A DNA stretch of 64,000 bases from Camelus dromedarius. Taxonomy: Eukaryota. Every line of letters begins with the position of its first letter. Position 1 is the stretch's first letter. The position numbers and the translations under genes are program-made. The notes beneath the pieces were generated by a model. The model was not told the origin of the DNA. It saw only the letters and a list, made by a program, of their open reading frames with translations, and did not search any database. The stretch is from NCBI RefSeq assembly GCF_036321535.1, contig NC_087440.1, forward strand, positions 91,264,001 through 91,328,000, written 5' to 3'. Below are positions 14,664-25,599 of this stretch, one piece after another.

Positions 14664-14720
14664 GTGGCAGTGGACACAGATGGGCCTTTGTTTGAAGATG
14701 TGCAGATGCTGAGAAAGACA
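14664..14720 (+). repeat. 57-bp dispersed copy of part of the gamma3 exon (13728-13784)
   Basis: 56/57 identical; the single difference is gcaAtgg versus gcaGtgg. Confidence 0.97.
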
Positions 14721-15969
14721 TTTGTCTTGTCTGTTTTTAATTCAAGTAAACTGTATCCCCCACCTGATCAGACAGGTTCAGGCGTTGCCAAGAGCCCGTG
14801 GTCTAGACCATGCAGACGGCGTTGCCCAGGGCACACGGGACACAGCCCAGCCTGTGTGAGGAGGAGACCCCGGGAACGCCTCCTGCGTGCTCTTCTGCTC
14901 GTGATAATGTGTCAGTGCTGTTTTGGATATGCCAGGTTGAATGAAAAACATTCTTAAAGTAAATTTCTCCTGTTGCTTTTCACTCTTTTAACGTGGCTGA
15001 CTAGAAAGTTTAGAATCACACCCCCTGCTGGCCTTGTTTTCCAGCCGGACCGCACTGGTCCAGGCACCCTTCGTGCAGGAGAGGCTGCCCGGACTCATCC
15101 GTGGCTGTCCCCACCCAGCTAGTTCTTGGTCTTAAGTTAAAGCAGAGACAGGTGGATGCAAACACTAAAAATGCAGTGGGAAAACATCAGTGTCTCGCTT
15201 CTTACTTAATCCAGTTGATTCCGTAATGTCCTCACAACTAATAGTCTTAGCAATGAACTGATTGGATCAAAAACATGACAATCTTTGTTTTTCATTCTTC
15301 TGCTTATAGGGGTGTTACTGTTCCCACTTCTTGATTTTTATTTAACTTGGGAAAGAATTTGAGGTCACCTCTTTGATTAACATTTTGATTTTATGGCTTC
15401 AAATGTGCTGGACATGAACGCCAGCCTCATTACTGCAGACAGAGGAGCTCAAAACCAGTGTCCCTCCTCCCAGCAGGTCTGCCTGTGAGCTTGTAACCAC
15501 ACGTCAGTCTTTAAGTCGCTCAGGCCATACGGAGAAGAAAAGGAAATCGGTGGTTTTCAAGCCAGTCCTTACACAGTAAATAATTCAGTGCTGAAGGATT
15601 TTCTTTTTGGTACAGACTTTGACTTGATCATTAAAGACAGGAAAAGAATAAACTATGCCCAAAAGGGCAATGAAAATATTACACAATTACGTGGTCTGTG
15701 GACGTGTCAGTGATTCAGGACCTGCTCTGGGGCACCGAGAGCACAAGTCCAAACAGTGTTCTCGTCTTAAGTAGAACTGCCTTTGAAAGTCGGCTCTAGT
15801 GTGCACGTGGTGGCCACTGCCGGGGAGCCTCCAGCAGCCCGTGGAGGAGGGGGGGAACGTGTGACGAAGGAAGCAGTCTCTGTGGTCACCTCCTCGCTGG
15901 TTCTGAGCCACGACATGCAGACAGGATGTTTCTGGAGAACTCTTACAGCTTGCTGGTTTGTTCTCATGA

Positions 15970-16100
15970 CTTTTTTTTAACAGCTTTATTGTGGTATGGT
16001 TTCTGCACAGTAAACTACGCATGTGTCAAATGTGCGATTGGATGAGTTGTGATAGATGTACACACCTATGAAACCACCTCCACAGTGTTTCCATGACCCT
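15970..16100 (-). mobile_element. Old L1 3' fragment
   Basis: ttttttaacagctttattgtggtat...gatgtacacacctatgaaaccacc. Confidence 0.55.
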
Positions 16101-16279
16101 TGAAATTAGATCCTCTAACTGAGTTTTCTGTGTCCCTGACATTCTCACAACAGTTGTTCCCCCAGACTTACCTTTGGATTTCTGCGGCCGACGTTTCTGG
16201 GTCGGAAGACCACCACACTGTTAAGATACCACTTCTCCTCGAGATTAACTCAATCCAGTCAGAATCCCCAGCAGGCTTT

Positions 16280-16375
16280 TTCTTTTTTTAATAAGTTAGC
16301 TGATCCTAAAACTCACATGGAAATGCAGAGGACCTAGAATAGCCGAAACAACTGAGAGAAAATAAAGTCAGGAGG
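16280..16375 (+). mobile_element. Old L1 ORF2 fragment
   Basis: gctgatcctaaaactcacatggaaatgcagaggacctagaatagcc. Confidence 0.55.
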
Positions 16376-19235
16376 CCAAGAGCCCCAAATATCCACCCCT
16401 CTAGACGAAGATATTTATAGCACAGTCTCTGAGGTACAATATTTGATATGACAGACTCTTCTTAACTTGAAGACATTTGGAGTCATTCCCTGAAACTCTC
16501 AAAAACACTGTTAAAGCAAAAAGAAGGTACTGAGATGCAGGGAAAATTTATGTGCATCATATGGAGACCAAATTGACATAAGTTATAGCTAAAAAGTGGG
16601 CTTTTCAGCTTTTATATTTAGTAATGTGAACATTTTCGATGCCCCTTTATTTTCAACTAATTTTATTTTTCAGAAATAATTCCACATTTCTTTGAAATGG
16701 TTCAAACATTGGCTCAGGACACATGTGAGGTAAATGACAGTCTTACAGGAGAAGCTGGCAGAGGAGACCCTAATTCTGGTAGAATGTCAGTGGTAGGAAT
16801 TTTGTGGAAGAAACTCAACTATGTATTTACCTGTCAGAACCATAATTTGGGTTTCTTTTGAGAACCATGTAACCTTACGTAGACCCTCCAAAAAAAAACT
16901 GTAGTGCATTTCATGTGAATGACATTTAAATCAGAGACACTGGAAGTGTTTGCATTCCTCATTTTTAACAGTCGTTCGGGGGAAACACCATCAGCCACGC
17001 AGATGAGGAAGGGGGAAGTGAAGGTATTCCTCACTCAATACGCAGGCATGTATTTAGGCTTTTATGTTTTGGGAAAGAGCTGACGGTGTTATGTACATGA
17101 AGCATTCTCCCTTTTTTCCCCTGTCACTCCAGCCTGTGGTGGTGAAGACAAAGACATCTGGCCCCTCAAGAGATGTTCATGAGTTCTGTCCTGAATTAAG
17201 CAGTGAAAGCGTGCGGTCTTACACACGCCCCAGCCCTGGTGGCGGTTTCCCGCTTGCCATGTGGATTCAGCCGTTGGGAGCTGCCACCGCGCTGCAGGCG
17301 GAGGCCGAGGCGCCCCTGCTCGCATCCCCGCCCAGACGTCTGGGGCATCGTTTCCGTCTGTCTTGTGTGCCCCACCGTCTACTGCTTGTCTGCCCGCACG
17401 GCCCTCCGCCAAGAGTCACTCACTCGGGGTGCCCCCTCACACCCGTCTCTCTCTCTCCTGCCTCCTGTTTTCCTGATCTCTCTTGTGGTCTGTGAAATTG
17501 CTCTCTGCTTTGCACACCGCTTTGAAACGGCTACACAGATGCTCAGGCGGGTTCATCACATTCTGCCCTTCGGAAGCTTCCGGGGTCACGTCTGCTTTCT
17601 CAATCTGTGTCTGTTGGTTCCAGCTCCTAGGTTGCTGCTTTTGCCTTTTTCTATCAGAATGTCTCTCTTTGGAGCACCTGTTGTGGCAGTGCTGAAATGC
17701 CTCGGGCACATGAAAGCCTTGGGTTTTTTTCTGCTTTGCTTTGCTTGTTCTAAAGCTCAGAATGGGGCAGACGTAAAACTCAGGGCAGATTTTCCCTCTG
17801 AGTTTCTCGTGGCTCGGAGATGAGAGGGCTCTTGCAGGGACTGTGACCCTGACAGCCTGCCCCTCAGGGTCGTCCTCCGCAGTCTCCCGTCGGGGCGGTT
17901 GTCCTGAAGCCATGTTATGCTGGTTCCCAGGGGGGAAAAATCAGAGAATTCCTGCCTTTACCAGGAGTGACCGTTAATGTTCAAGTAACATTTCTGGTAA
18001 TAATCCTCAAATGATGACACCCAAAATTCTTTCCAAACCTTGACATTGTTGCGGTTTTCTTAGATAAATCTGCAAAGGACCCTGAGAAATATTAACTCTG
18101 CGGAAGTGTGGGCTTTGTTGCGTAGGGCTTCTGCAGGTCCTTGGACTTTTCATTAAAGCAAAGAGAGGTGCGCTGTGCACATCACACCGAGGACGTCGGA
18201 CGCGCGGGGCAGTCGGTGGGGACGTGTTCTTATTGCCGAGCAATTGACTTAGTGCGAGTTCTTTCCAGTAGACGTTGGAGGACCACCAGGGAAGCCTTCC
18301 TCTCTTTGAACGTTGTCTCTCTTCTGCTGGAGACACCAAGCAGAAAGGAGGACGTGGTCTGGTTGCAGGTCCTCACGACCTGGCATCTTCTGGTCGCACG
18401 CTGTGTGTTGGTGGCTCAGAGGGCCTGTTGTTTTGTTTCAGGGATACTGGTGTTAATGTGGTGGTCCTACTTCAAAACTGAGCAGCTTGTTTCACAGTTA
18501 TTCATGGAAATGGGCACTTCCGGGGTATAAATGCCCCTTATCAGGCCCCTCCTTTCTTTGCAGACACAGTTCACTAAATCTTCATACAACAGGGGATTCA
18601 TTTAATTTTTTTTAAGTAAAACCAAAATGTCCAAACTTTAAGAAGAAAATGGGCTTGAGAGGGGAGTCTTTTATTTCTTACCCTTAATATTAGGAAATTT
18701 TATGTAAATAATCAAATATAGTTTTTCTGAGTTCCAGAGGGTTTATTTTCCTGCACGACCCATTTAATACTTTTCATTTTTAGTATCTTTTTTCAAATTT
18801 GATAGAAGTTTTAGGACTGTTATTGGCTTTGAACGCAGTTTAAATATGTTTGTCATTTATTCTTTTTTATTTACCTCCAAGGAAAATTTCAACTTCCTGA
18901 AATGCCTCCCTAATGGACATAGCCATACAGTGGCTTCGGTAACATTTTATGAAATAGGAAGGTTTTACTGTTTATGGGATTTATCAGAACTGGTGAATGT
19001 GCCAAGTAGAGGCAGCCAGTGCCCTGTACAAAGCTACACACTTTAGGAGAGCAAAATGCCAGTATTGTGCACACCACCCTTCCCACGAGTCAGCAGGTGG
19101 CTTCTCACGGACAAGACAAACTTGCCTGCTTGACGGGATGGTAAGAGGTACCGGGGCCGTGTGCACCGCGGGGCTCAGGCAGAGCGAGTGCGTGTCCCGA
19201 GGTCAGTAGCCAACACCGCTGCGTTTTCATTCCAG

Positions 19236-19367
19236 GCACACAAGGACCTGAAGAAGGACCGGCCCCTGGTGCGCCGCAAGTCCGAGCTGCCCGAGGACCT
19301 ACACACCAAGAGCGCCCTGGAGGCCCACAGCCGAGCCGAGGACCTGGTGCCCCAGGACGGGCGCTAG
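19236..19367 (+). CDS. PPP2R5C: PPP2R5C last coding exon of gamma2/gamma3 ([43 protein letters not shown])
   Basis: ttcattccag| acceptor; B56 RRKSELP motif; TAG at 19365-19367. Confidence 0.96.
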   Translation, partial: AHKDLKKDRPLVRRKSELPEDLHTKSALEAHSRAEDLVPQDGR

Positions 19368-21002
19368 CCCCCGCCGCGGCTCCGGTTCCGTAGAACCCCA
19401 GGCTCTTCGTGCCATACCGATCAGTCACACTCAAAGTCCAGGCTTTCCCCGACCCTGTTCTGTGCGCAATAACGTCCCTCCGCCTCAGCTCGAGACTAGG
19501 AGTTCAAACAATGGTGACCTCCCGGGGCTGACCCAGGGCCCCGCGACCCTGCACGGCCCCAGATAAGATGTGTCCCCAAGGCAGAGCTAAGGAAAGTGCC
19601 CAGCTCAGCATCTTCCCAAACGGAATTGGTCATCATCCCAGACAGGCGGCCCTGTGCTGTAATACCCCTGTTCTTCGAATCAAAGGAACACTTTTAAAAA
19701 GTATTACGTGTTTTTAAAGACTTTACAGCCTTTGAGACTGCATCCCAGTGGTTGTCACGCCAGCCGTTTCTTTCTGGGTTTTGGGGGGGGGGGGAGTTTT
19801 GTTTGGGTTTGGGGCTTTTTTTGGTTTTTTTGGTTTTTTTCTTTTTTAATCTCATTGAAGTGGTTCTTTGCTGCCATGTTTCTGACACAGCTCACGGGGA
19901 CGGTGGCGCGGCCACCTCCGCCGCTGCTCCCTGGCTCGGGTCGCTCTGCACCACGTCCTCCTCCTGGTAGAGCTAAAGCCATATCCCCACGTCTGGGGTC
20001 CCGCGCCCGGACCCCAGGAGCAAGCTCACAGGAGAAATCTGCTTTAAAAAGAGCTTTCTCTTGCCTGGAATTGGAGTCTTTCAGTGATGTTTTCCTGGTT
20101 TTGCTTGCAGAATTTTTTTTTCTCTCCGCTCACATGTCATTGCCCTTGAACCAGGCTCTTGGATTAGTAAAAATTATCTTCTCTGAGAATCCCACACTTT
20201 GTAAAAGTTAGGAGGAGATCATTTTGAGCGAGGCCATTCCTGGTCCCAGTGGGCGGAAAGACGGAGAGACGGCACTGCCCCGACCCCTCGCCGCAGCCGG
20301 GCTCCCCAAGCTCAGAGGCGGCAGCCGCGGGGGTGGCTTCAAACGAGTCTCTTTCTGTTGAAAAGAGCACACGTTACAGACACCTCAGACAGGAAACACA
20401 GTGTCTGAGTTCTCACCAGTTTTCAGATGCTGCTGTGTATTTCAGACTTCCCTACATGTATGGAGTTTTTCGTTTTTGACGGGACAGCACTAGGAGAAGA
20501 ATCTCTAAACTCAGCGCTCGGTGTGTTCTGTATTTCTCTCAGGGTGGCCAATGTTTTGACTTCTTTCTCCTGCTTGGAAGCGAGCTGAGATGTGCACCAC
20601 TCCTCTAACCATGTGGGTCTAGTTCCCTCTGTCTCCGGCATAAGATGCTATAACTTCACGTTAAATGTCTTGATGCATCAAAGATAAAACGTGGCTTCTT
20701 TTAGGATCTGTTTTTCAGTCGAGGTCTCGGGAAGCCACTGAAACGTTGTGAAAAGCAGACGTGGTTCCCGGCGCAGCCATGGTGCCTGCCGCCCGGTGGT
20801 TTCACTGAAATCCGCTGACAATGTTTATTTCTTTGTGTCTTGGAGGAAAACCATTTTGGGCGGGAGGGGGTGGATTTCTTGTGTTAAGAGCAAGCAGTTG
20901 ACGAAAAGGCTGCCCCGGCAGAAAGCAGAGAAGCCCGCCAGGTGAGAAGCACTTCCTGAGAAACTTGACAAGCACCTGTCCACTTTACCATTATGAAATT
21001 TA

Positions 21003-21142
21003 NNNNNNNNNNNNNNNNNNNNNNNNNNNNNNNNNNNNNNNNNNNNNNNNNNNNNNNNNNNNNNNNNNNNNNNNNNNNNNNNNNNNNNNNNNNNNNNNNN
21101 NNNNNNNNNNNNNNNNNNNNNNNNNNNNNNNNNNNNNNNNNN
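21003..21142. other. Assembly gap (N)
   Basis: Run of N. Confidence 1.
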
Positions 21143-21671
21143 CTTGGATGCTCAGCGTATTTGGGAGCGAGGTTTCTGGGAAGCCTCTCCTTTGGCCCCG
21201 GGGAAAAAGCAAATTGTCGCTCTTTGGGTGATGTGTAAAGCTCAACGTATAAGAACATCTTTTTGTCTAGGTCTTACTTATGCTCTTTGTTGAAGACAAA
21301 CATTCACCAAAAAAGGAGGGGGAAAGTTTTGAGAGAAACTAATTTTCTTTGACAAGAGACACTGTTTACTATTTTGGCCTTTTACAGGCTCCCAGTCAGT
21401 ACTCGGAGTCCCTGCGCTAACTGTCCAACTTGCGTATTATTATATAGATACACTGTTTATTCTGCACCAAACTGATTTCAGAAGTACTACATGGAAAATA
21501 AACTGGTGACTGTTTTTCTTCATAAAGTTCTGCATTTGGCATCTTCACTCTTTCCGAAATGTATCTGTACATCAGAAACGTCACTATTCCGAGTGTCTTT
21601 TTAGTGCGGCTTCAGTATGGTTTCCTTTTAATATTGTACATACATTGTATCTTTGTTTTATGGTAATGAAT

Positions 21672-21724
21672 AATAAAAATGTAGACTTCATATTTTGTAC
21701 AAAATGTCCTATGTACAGAATAAA
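21672..21724 (+). terminator. PPP2R5C: Tandem poly(A) signals of PPP2R5C (AATAAA at 21672 and 21719; a further one at 21966)
   Basis: AATAAA hexamers with several TGTA motifs upstream. Confidence 0.8.
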
Positions 21725-22234
21725 AAAAAGTTCATAGAAACAGCAAAAATAGGTAAGTGGCATAATTATTTTTCTTTAGAAAATATCTGTAACCTGATGC
21801 TTTAGTGAAATGTTAAGTACCGACGTATTTTTTAACATTTTGTAATTCAGAACTTTTTGTTTTGACACATTGTTTATGAAGAGAAACTTCATACACTTGC
21901 CATTTAATATGCTCTTTTATCTAATTTAAAAAAAAATCTCTAAAGATGGTGTATTATACAGACTAAATAAAGAACCTGTGAATTTTATTGCGCATCATGA
22001 CACTAAATGTAGCCATGATGTCGGGCAAGCTGGTCCTGACCGTTAGCAGGTGACAGTCAGGGGCAGGGCAGCCACGCCAGGGGCACTGGCCGGGGGCACG
22101 CGTCCCTTACTTGACCCAGGCCGGGCGCCCACTGGGCTGCCCACTCCGGCGAGGTCTCTCCGGAGCCTCCCACAAGCTCCCTGTCCACTCCTCTGATGGG
22201 GACAGGAGAGGTGACTTGTTATCGACCACCTCTC

Positions 22235-22369
22235 TTTTTTTATTTACTTTTTTTTGGAGGGGGAATTAGGTTTTTTTTGTTTGTTTGTTTGTTTGTTTAT
22301 TTAATGGAGGTACTGGGGTGAACCCAGGACCCCGTGAATGCCAAGCACGCGCTCTACCGCTCCCCTCAG
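22235..22369 (-). mobile_element. vic-1-like SINE, long form
   Basis: ttttggagggggaattagg(tttg)n ttaatggaggtactggggtgaacccagg. TSD ccacctctc / ccgcctctc. Confidence 0.85.
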
Positions 22370-23849
22370 CCGCCTCTCGTTTTGCAAGTAGGCAAGTGTG
22401 AAGCAGAATACAGTACATAGAAGTGGAATTATTTGAGCCCTAACTGTGGTGCCTAAAATTGCTCTTGGAGAGACATTAAAGTCGTACGAACATGGGCTCT
22501 GAGAATAGGAGTTTGGAATCCTGGTTGATCCACCCCCTTACTGGGCAGCGTGCGATCCTCACCTACACTGTTAGCGCAGGGTCACTGAGAGCGGGCCCAG
22601 AATAAAGCCCCTCCGTCATCGCGAGGACACCCTCCCCACCCAGGTGCGTTTGGTTGGCTTTCCAGCAGGTGGGCTGTGATGGTGCCCCTCGCTTTCCTTG
22701 CTTGTCAGACGTCCCTGTGACTAGCCCCCCCCACCGTGGCAGAGGTGCAGAAGTTGTCCTTGGAGCTGGGGTGCAGTGGCGCGTGTCTGGTGACGGGGTT
22801 TGAGGAACCACACACACCCCATTCCCTGGGGGCATCAGGAGACACTTCAGCTCTGGTGCAGCCCAGAGTCTGCTGTGTCCTTAGCCGGGCCTCCCTTGTC
22901 TCCTGTCCTGAAACCGGGGAGAAGCTGCAGTGTCCAGCAACTTCTGACGGCGTGAGAGTTCTGGCGAGAACTTAGGGGACAGAGCAAGGCCAGCTTCATG
23001 CCTCTCTCGTTCCAGGGTGGCGAGAGGCCGCAAAGCAGAGAGGAGCGGGCCGGCGACTCCCTCCCGGGATCTGTCAGCCGCGAGCAGCAGTGACATGACA
23101 GCGACTGACTTCTTGCCCCATCTTCAAGCCGGGGCTGTCGTGGGGGCCTCGCTGGCCTGCGTCAGCCTCCTTCATTCTCACGACCCACCGCGGTCTTTGC
23201 CTCTGTCTTCCTCTCCGACAGAGGAGGGAACAGGCAAGGCTAAGTCGCTCGCCCGGGACACAGCAGGGACAAAACCAGGGCTGAGTGGAGCCAGATGTCA
23301 GTCCAAGTGGTGAGCCTGGGGTCCAAGCCAAGCCCCACCGCACTGCGCCGCAGAAACCCCGGGACGTGCTGGGGGCGGCCAGGAGCGCTAGCAGGGGCCC
23401 CGGGTCACTGGAGAACCACCAGGGCCTTCAAGGTCAGGCATGGGGCCCGAACACGACTCCAAGCTGGAAGAACCCCATGTGTGGTTTCACATGAGATTTC
23501 ACTGGAGGGGGAGTGGCTTCCAACTGCCACTGAGGTGAGCTCCTACAGGTGGAGGGACAGGGGTCCTCCCCGCTCCGTCTGGCCTGTGTGTCTCACGTCT
23601 TCCTGCTGTTTACTCAGACGGTAGGTAAATCCCCAGAACTCGGCGGGAAGGACCCAAAACTCCCCCCTCACCGTTTTTTCCATCCCAGGTCCACCTGATC
23701 ACTCCCCCAGCCTGGTTTGGTTTACCCCTCTGGTGCTTTCAGAGAAGTAACTATAAACGGGAGCTGAACTGGGCCTTACGACTTGTTGATTTTTGTAGCC
23801 TGAAGCGTTACTTCCCGTCCCTCACAAGGATTTTTTGACCCATCTTTTT

Positions 23850-23990
23850 TTTTTCCAGTTAGTGGGTACAGTGGACTCACAGCTCTGTACAAGTCTGTGT
23901 CCTGCGGTGATCTGCCACTTGTGAATAGTGAAGTGGTTCCTACAAGAAGTTTAGTTAACATTCAGCTCCTCCCATAGTTACAAAAAAACT
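23850..23990 (-). mobile_element. L1MA-like 3' fragment
   Basis: agtttagttaacattcagctcctcccatagttaca. Confidence 0.5.
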
Positions 23991-24030
23991 TAATCCCTGT
24001 AATAAAAGCAGCCAATAACAGACACTTTTT

Positions 24031-24428
24031 TTCACTTTATTTTTTATTGAGTTATAGTCTTTTTACAATGTGTCAAATTCCAGGGTAGAGCACAATTTTT
24101 CAGTTATACATGAGCATGCATACATTCATTGTCACATTCTCTTTCTCTGTGAGCCACCACAAGATCCTGTATATATTTCTCTATGCTACACAGTACAATC
24201 TTGTTTATCTATTCTACATTTTGAAATCCCAGTCCCTTCCCACCGCCTGTCCCCCTGGCAACCACAAGTTTGTATTCTGTGTCTATGAGTCTGTTTCTGT
24301 TTTGCATTTATGTTTTTTTTTTTAGATTCTGCATATAAGCGATCTCATATGGTATTTTTCTTTCTCTTTCTGGCTTCCTTCACTTAGAATGACGTTCTCC
24401 ACGAACATCCATGTTGCTGCAAATGGCG
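24031..24428 (-). mobile_element. Young 5'-truncated L1 with perfect 18-bp TSD
   Basis: L1 3' UTR flanked by caataacagacacttttt at 24013-24030 and 24429-24446. Confidence 0.92.
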
Positions 24429-25599
24429 CAATAACAGACACTTTTGTTGAACACTCAGCACGACTGGGACGGAGTGAGATTCCTGAGGCCAGGAAACCAG
24501 TTAAGCTTCAAGGGACCCCCCTGGAGTGATGTGTGTGGTCTGCTTTTATCACGTAGGGAAACAGCTTTTATCAAACAGGTCTGAGTCCCAGAAGTGTCCC
24601 CACACACACCTCACCCTGACACGCTCGCACTGGCTCCACACAGTCAGAATGTGGACACGACCGGGCACCAGGCCGGGGCAAGGTGGGGCAGCCCCAGCCC
24701 TGAAATGTAACACTGAGAAGTGGGTCCATGGCTGACCTCTCCGGGGTGGTGCCCTTATCAGTGCCTTCATTTCTGTCTCCGGATGCACCTTGTAGAAATC
24801 TGCCTCAAACTAGCTATAAGCGAAGGGGCCCCCGCGGGCCCGAGAGTGCGCAGTCTGGTCTCGGGCTGGGCGTCCTGCACGAGGCGGGGACAGAGCCCCA
24901 GGGAGCCTGCGTCCAGGCCTTCCTGAGGACAGGCTCCTCGTCAGAGGTCGCCCGCGGTGAGCGTCTCGGGCTTCGGGGCCACGAGGCCTGGCTGCCCAGC
25001 GCGGCCACGCTCACCGGCTGGTCCGGAGCCCAAGCTGATAGCACATGTGCTTCATGTTGCTCATGAACGAGTTGTTCCAGGCGTTCTTTTTTCCGGTGTC
25101 AGAGTCCAGGTGATTCCACAGGGAAAGTTTTGCTGGGGAGCCTAGGGGGCTGCCTCCAGGGCGGTTTCTTCCTGAGTTTGGATACAAAGCCCACAGCGGA
25201 GGATGAATTCCAGCAAAGCCCAGCGCCGGGCGGGCAGGCCATCAGTACGGCTGGTGGAGGAGAGACACCGGCTTCCTCGGCCGCTGTGCTCAGCCTGGCG
25301 CTTTGGAGACTGATGGTGGGAGGGTTGTGTCCCCTGGGCCTCCCTTGGGTCCGGCGGTTCCCTGGAAGGACTCACCGCAGGAAGCAGAGCTATTGTACTC
25401 GTGGTGACAAGTGACGTCCGCAAAAGGAGCCAGGTGGAAACCAGCAGCAGGAAGAGATGCTCACATGGGCGAAGCTCCCACTGCCCCTCCTCCCCGCCAC
25501 GGGGTGTCCATGACCTTTACGCGGCTGACCTGGCGCCCAGCCCCTCCAAAGGTGGAGCTGACACTGTGCGGCCCAAGCCCCCCACCCAACTCCCACTGG

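Larger units (their letters stand above)
19368..21750 (+). other. PPP2R5C: PPP2R5C long 3' UTR
   Basis: Follows the stop codon; AT-rich distal part ends in clustered AATAAA signals; contains an N gap. Confidence 0.8.

Noticed and set aside
20965-21258. ORFs containing X runs (also near 44.2, 44.6 and 57.2 kb)
   Set aside because: Artefacts of translating through N gaps.
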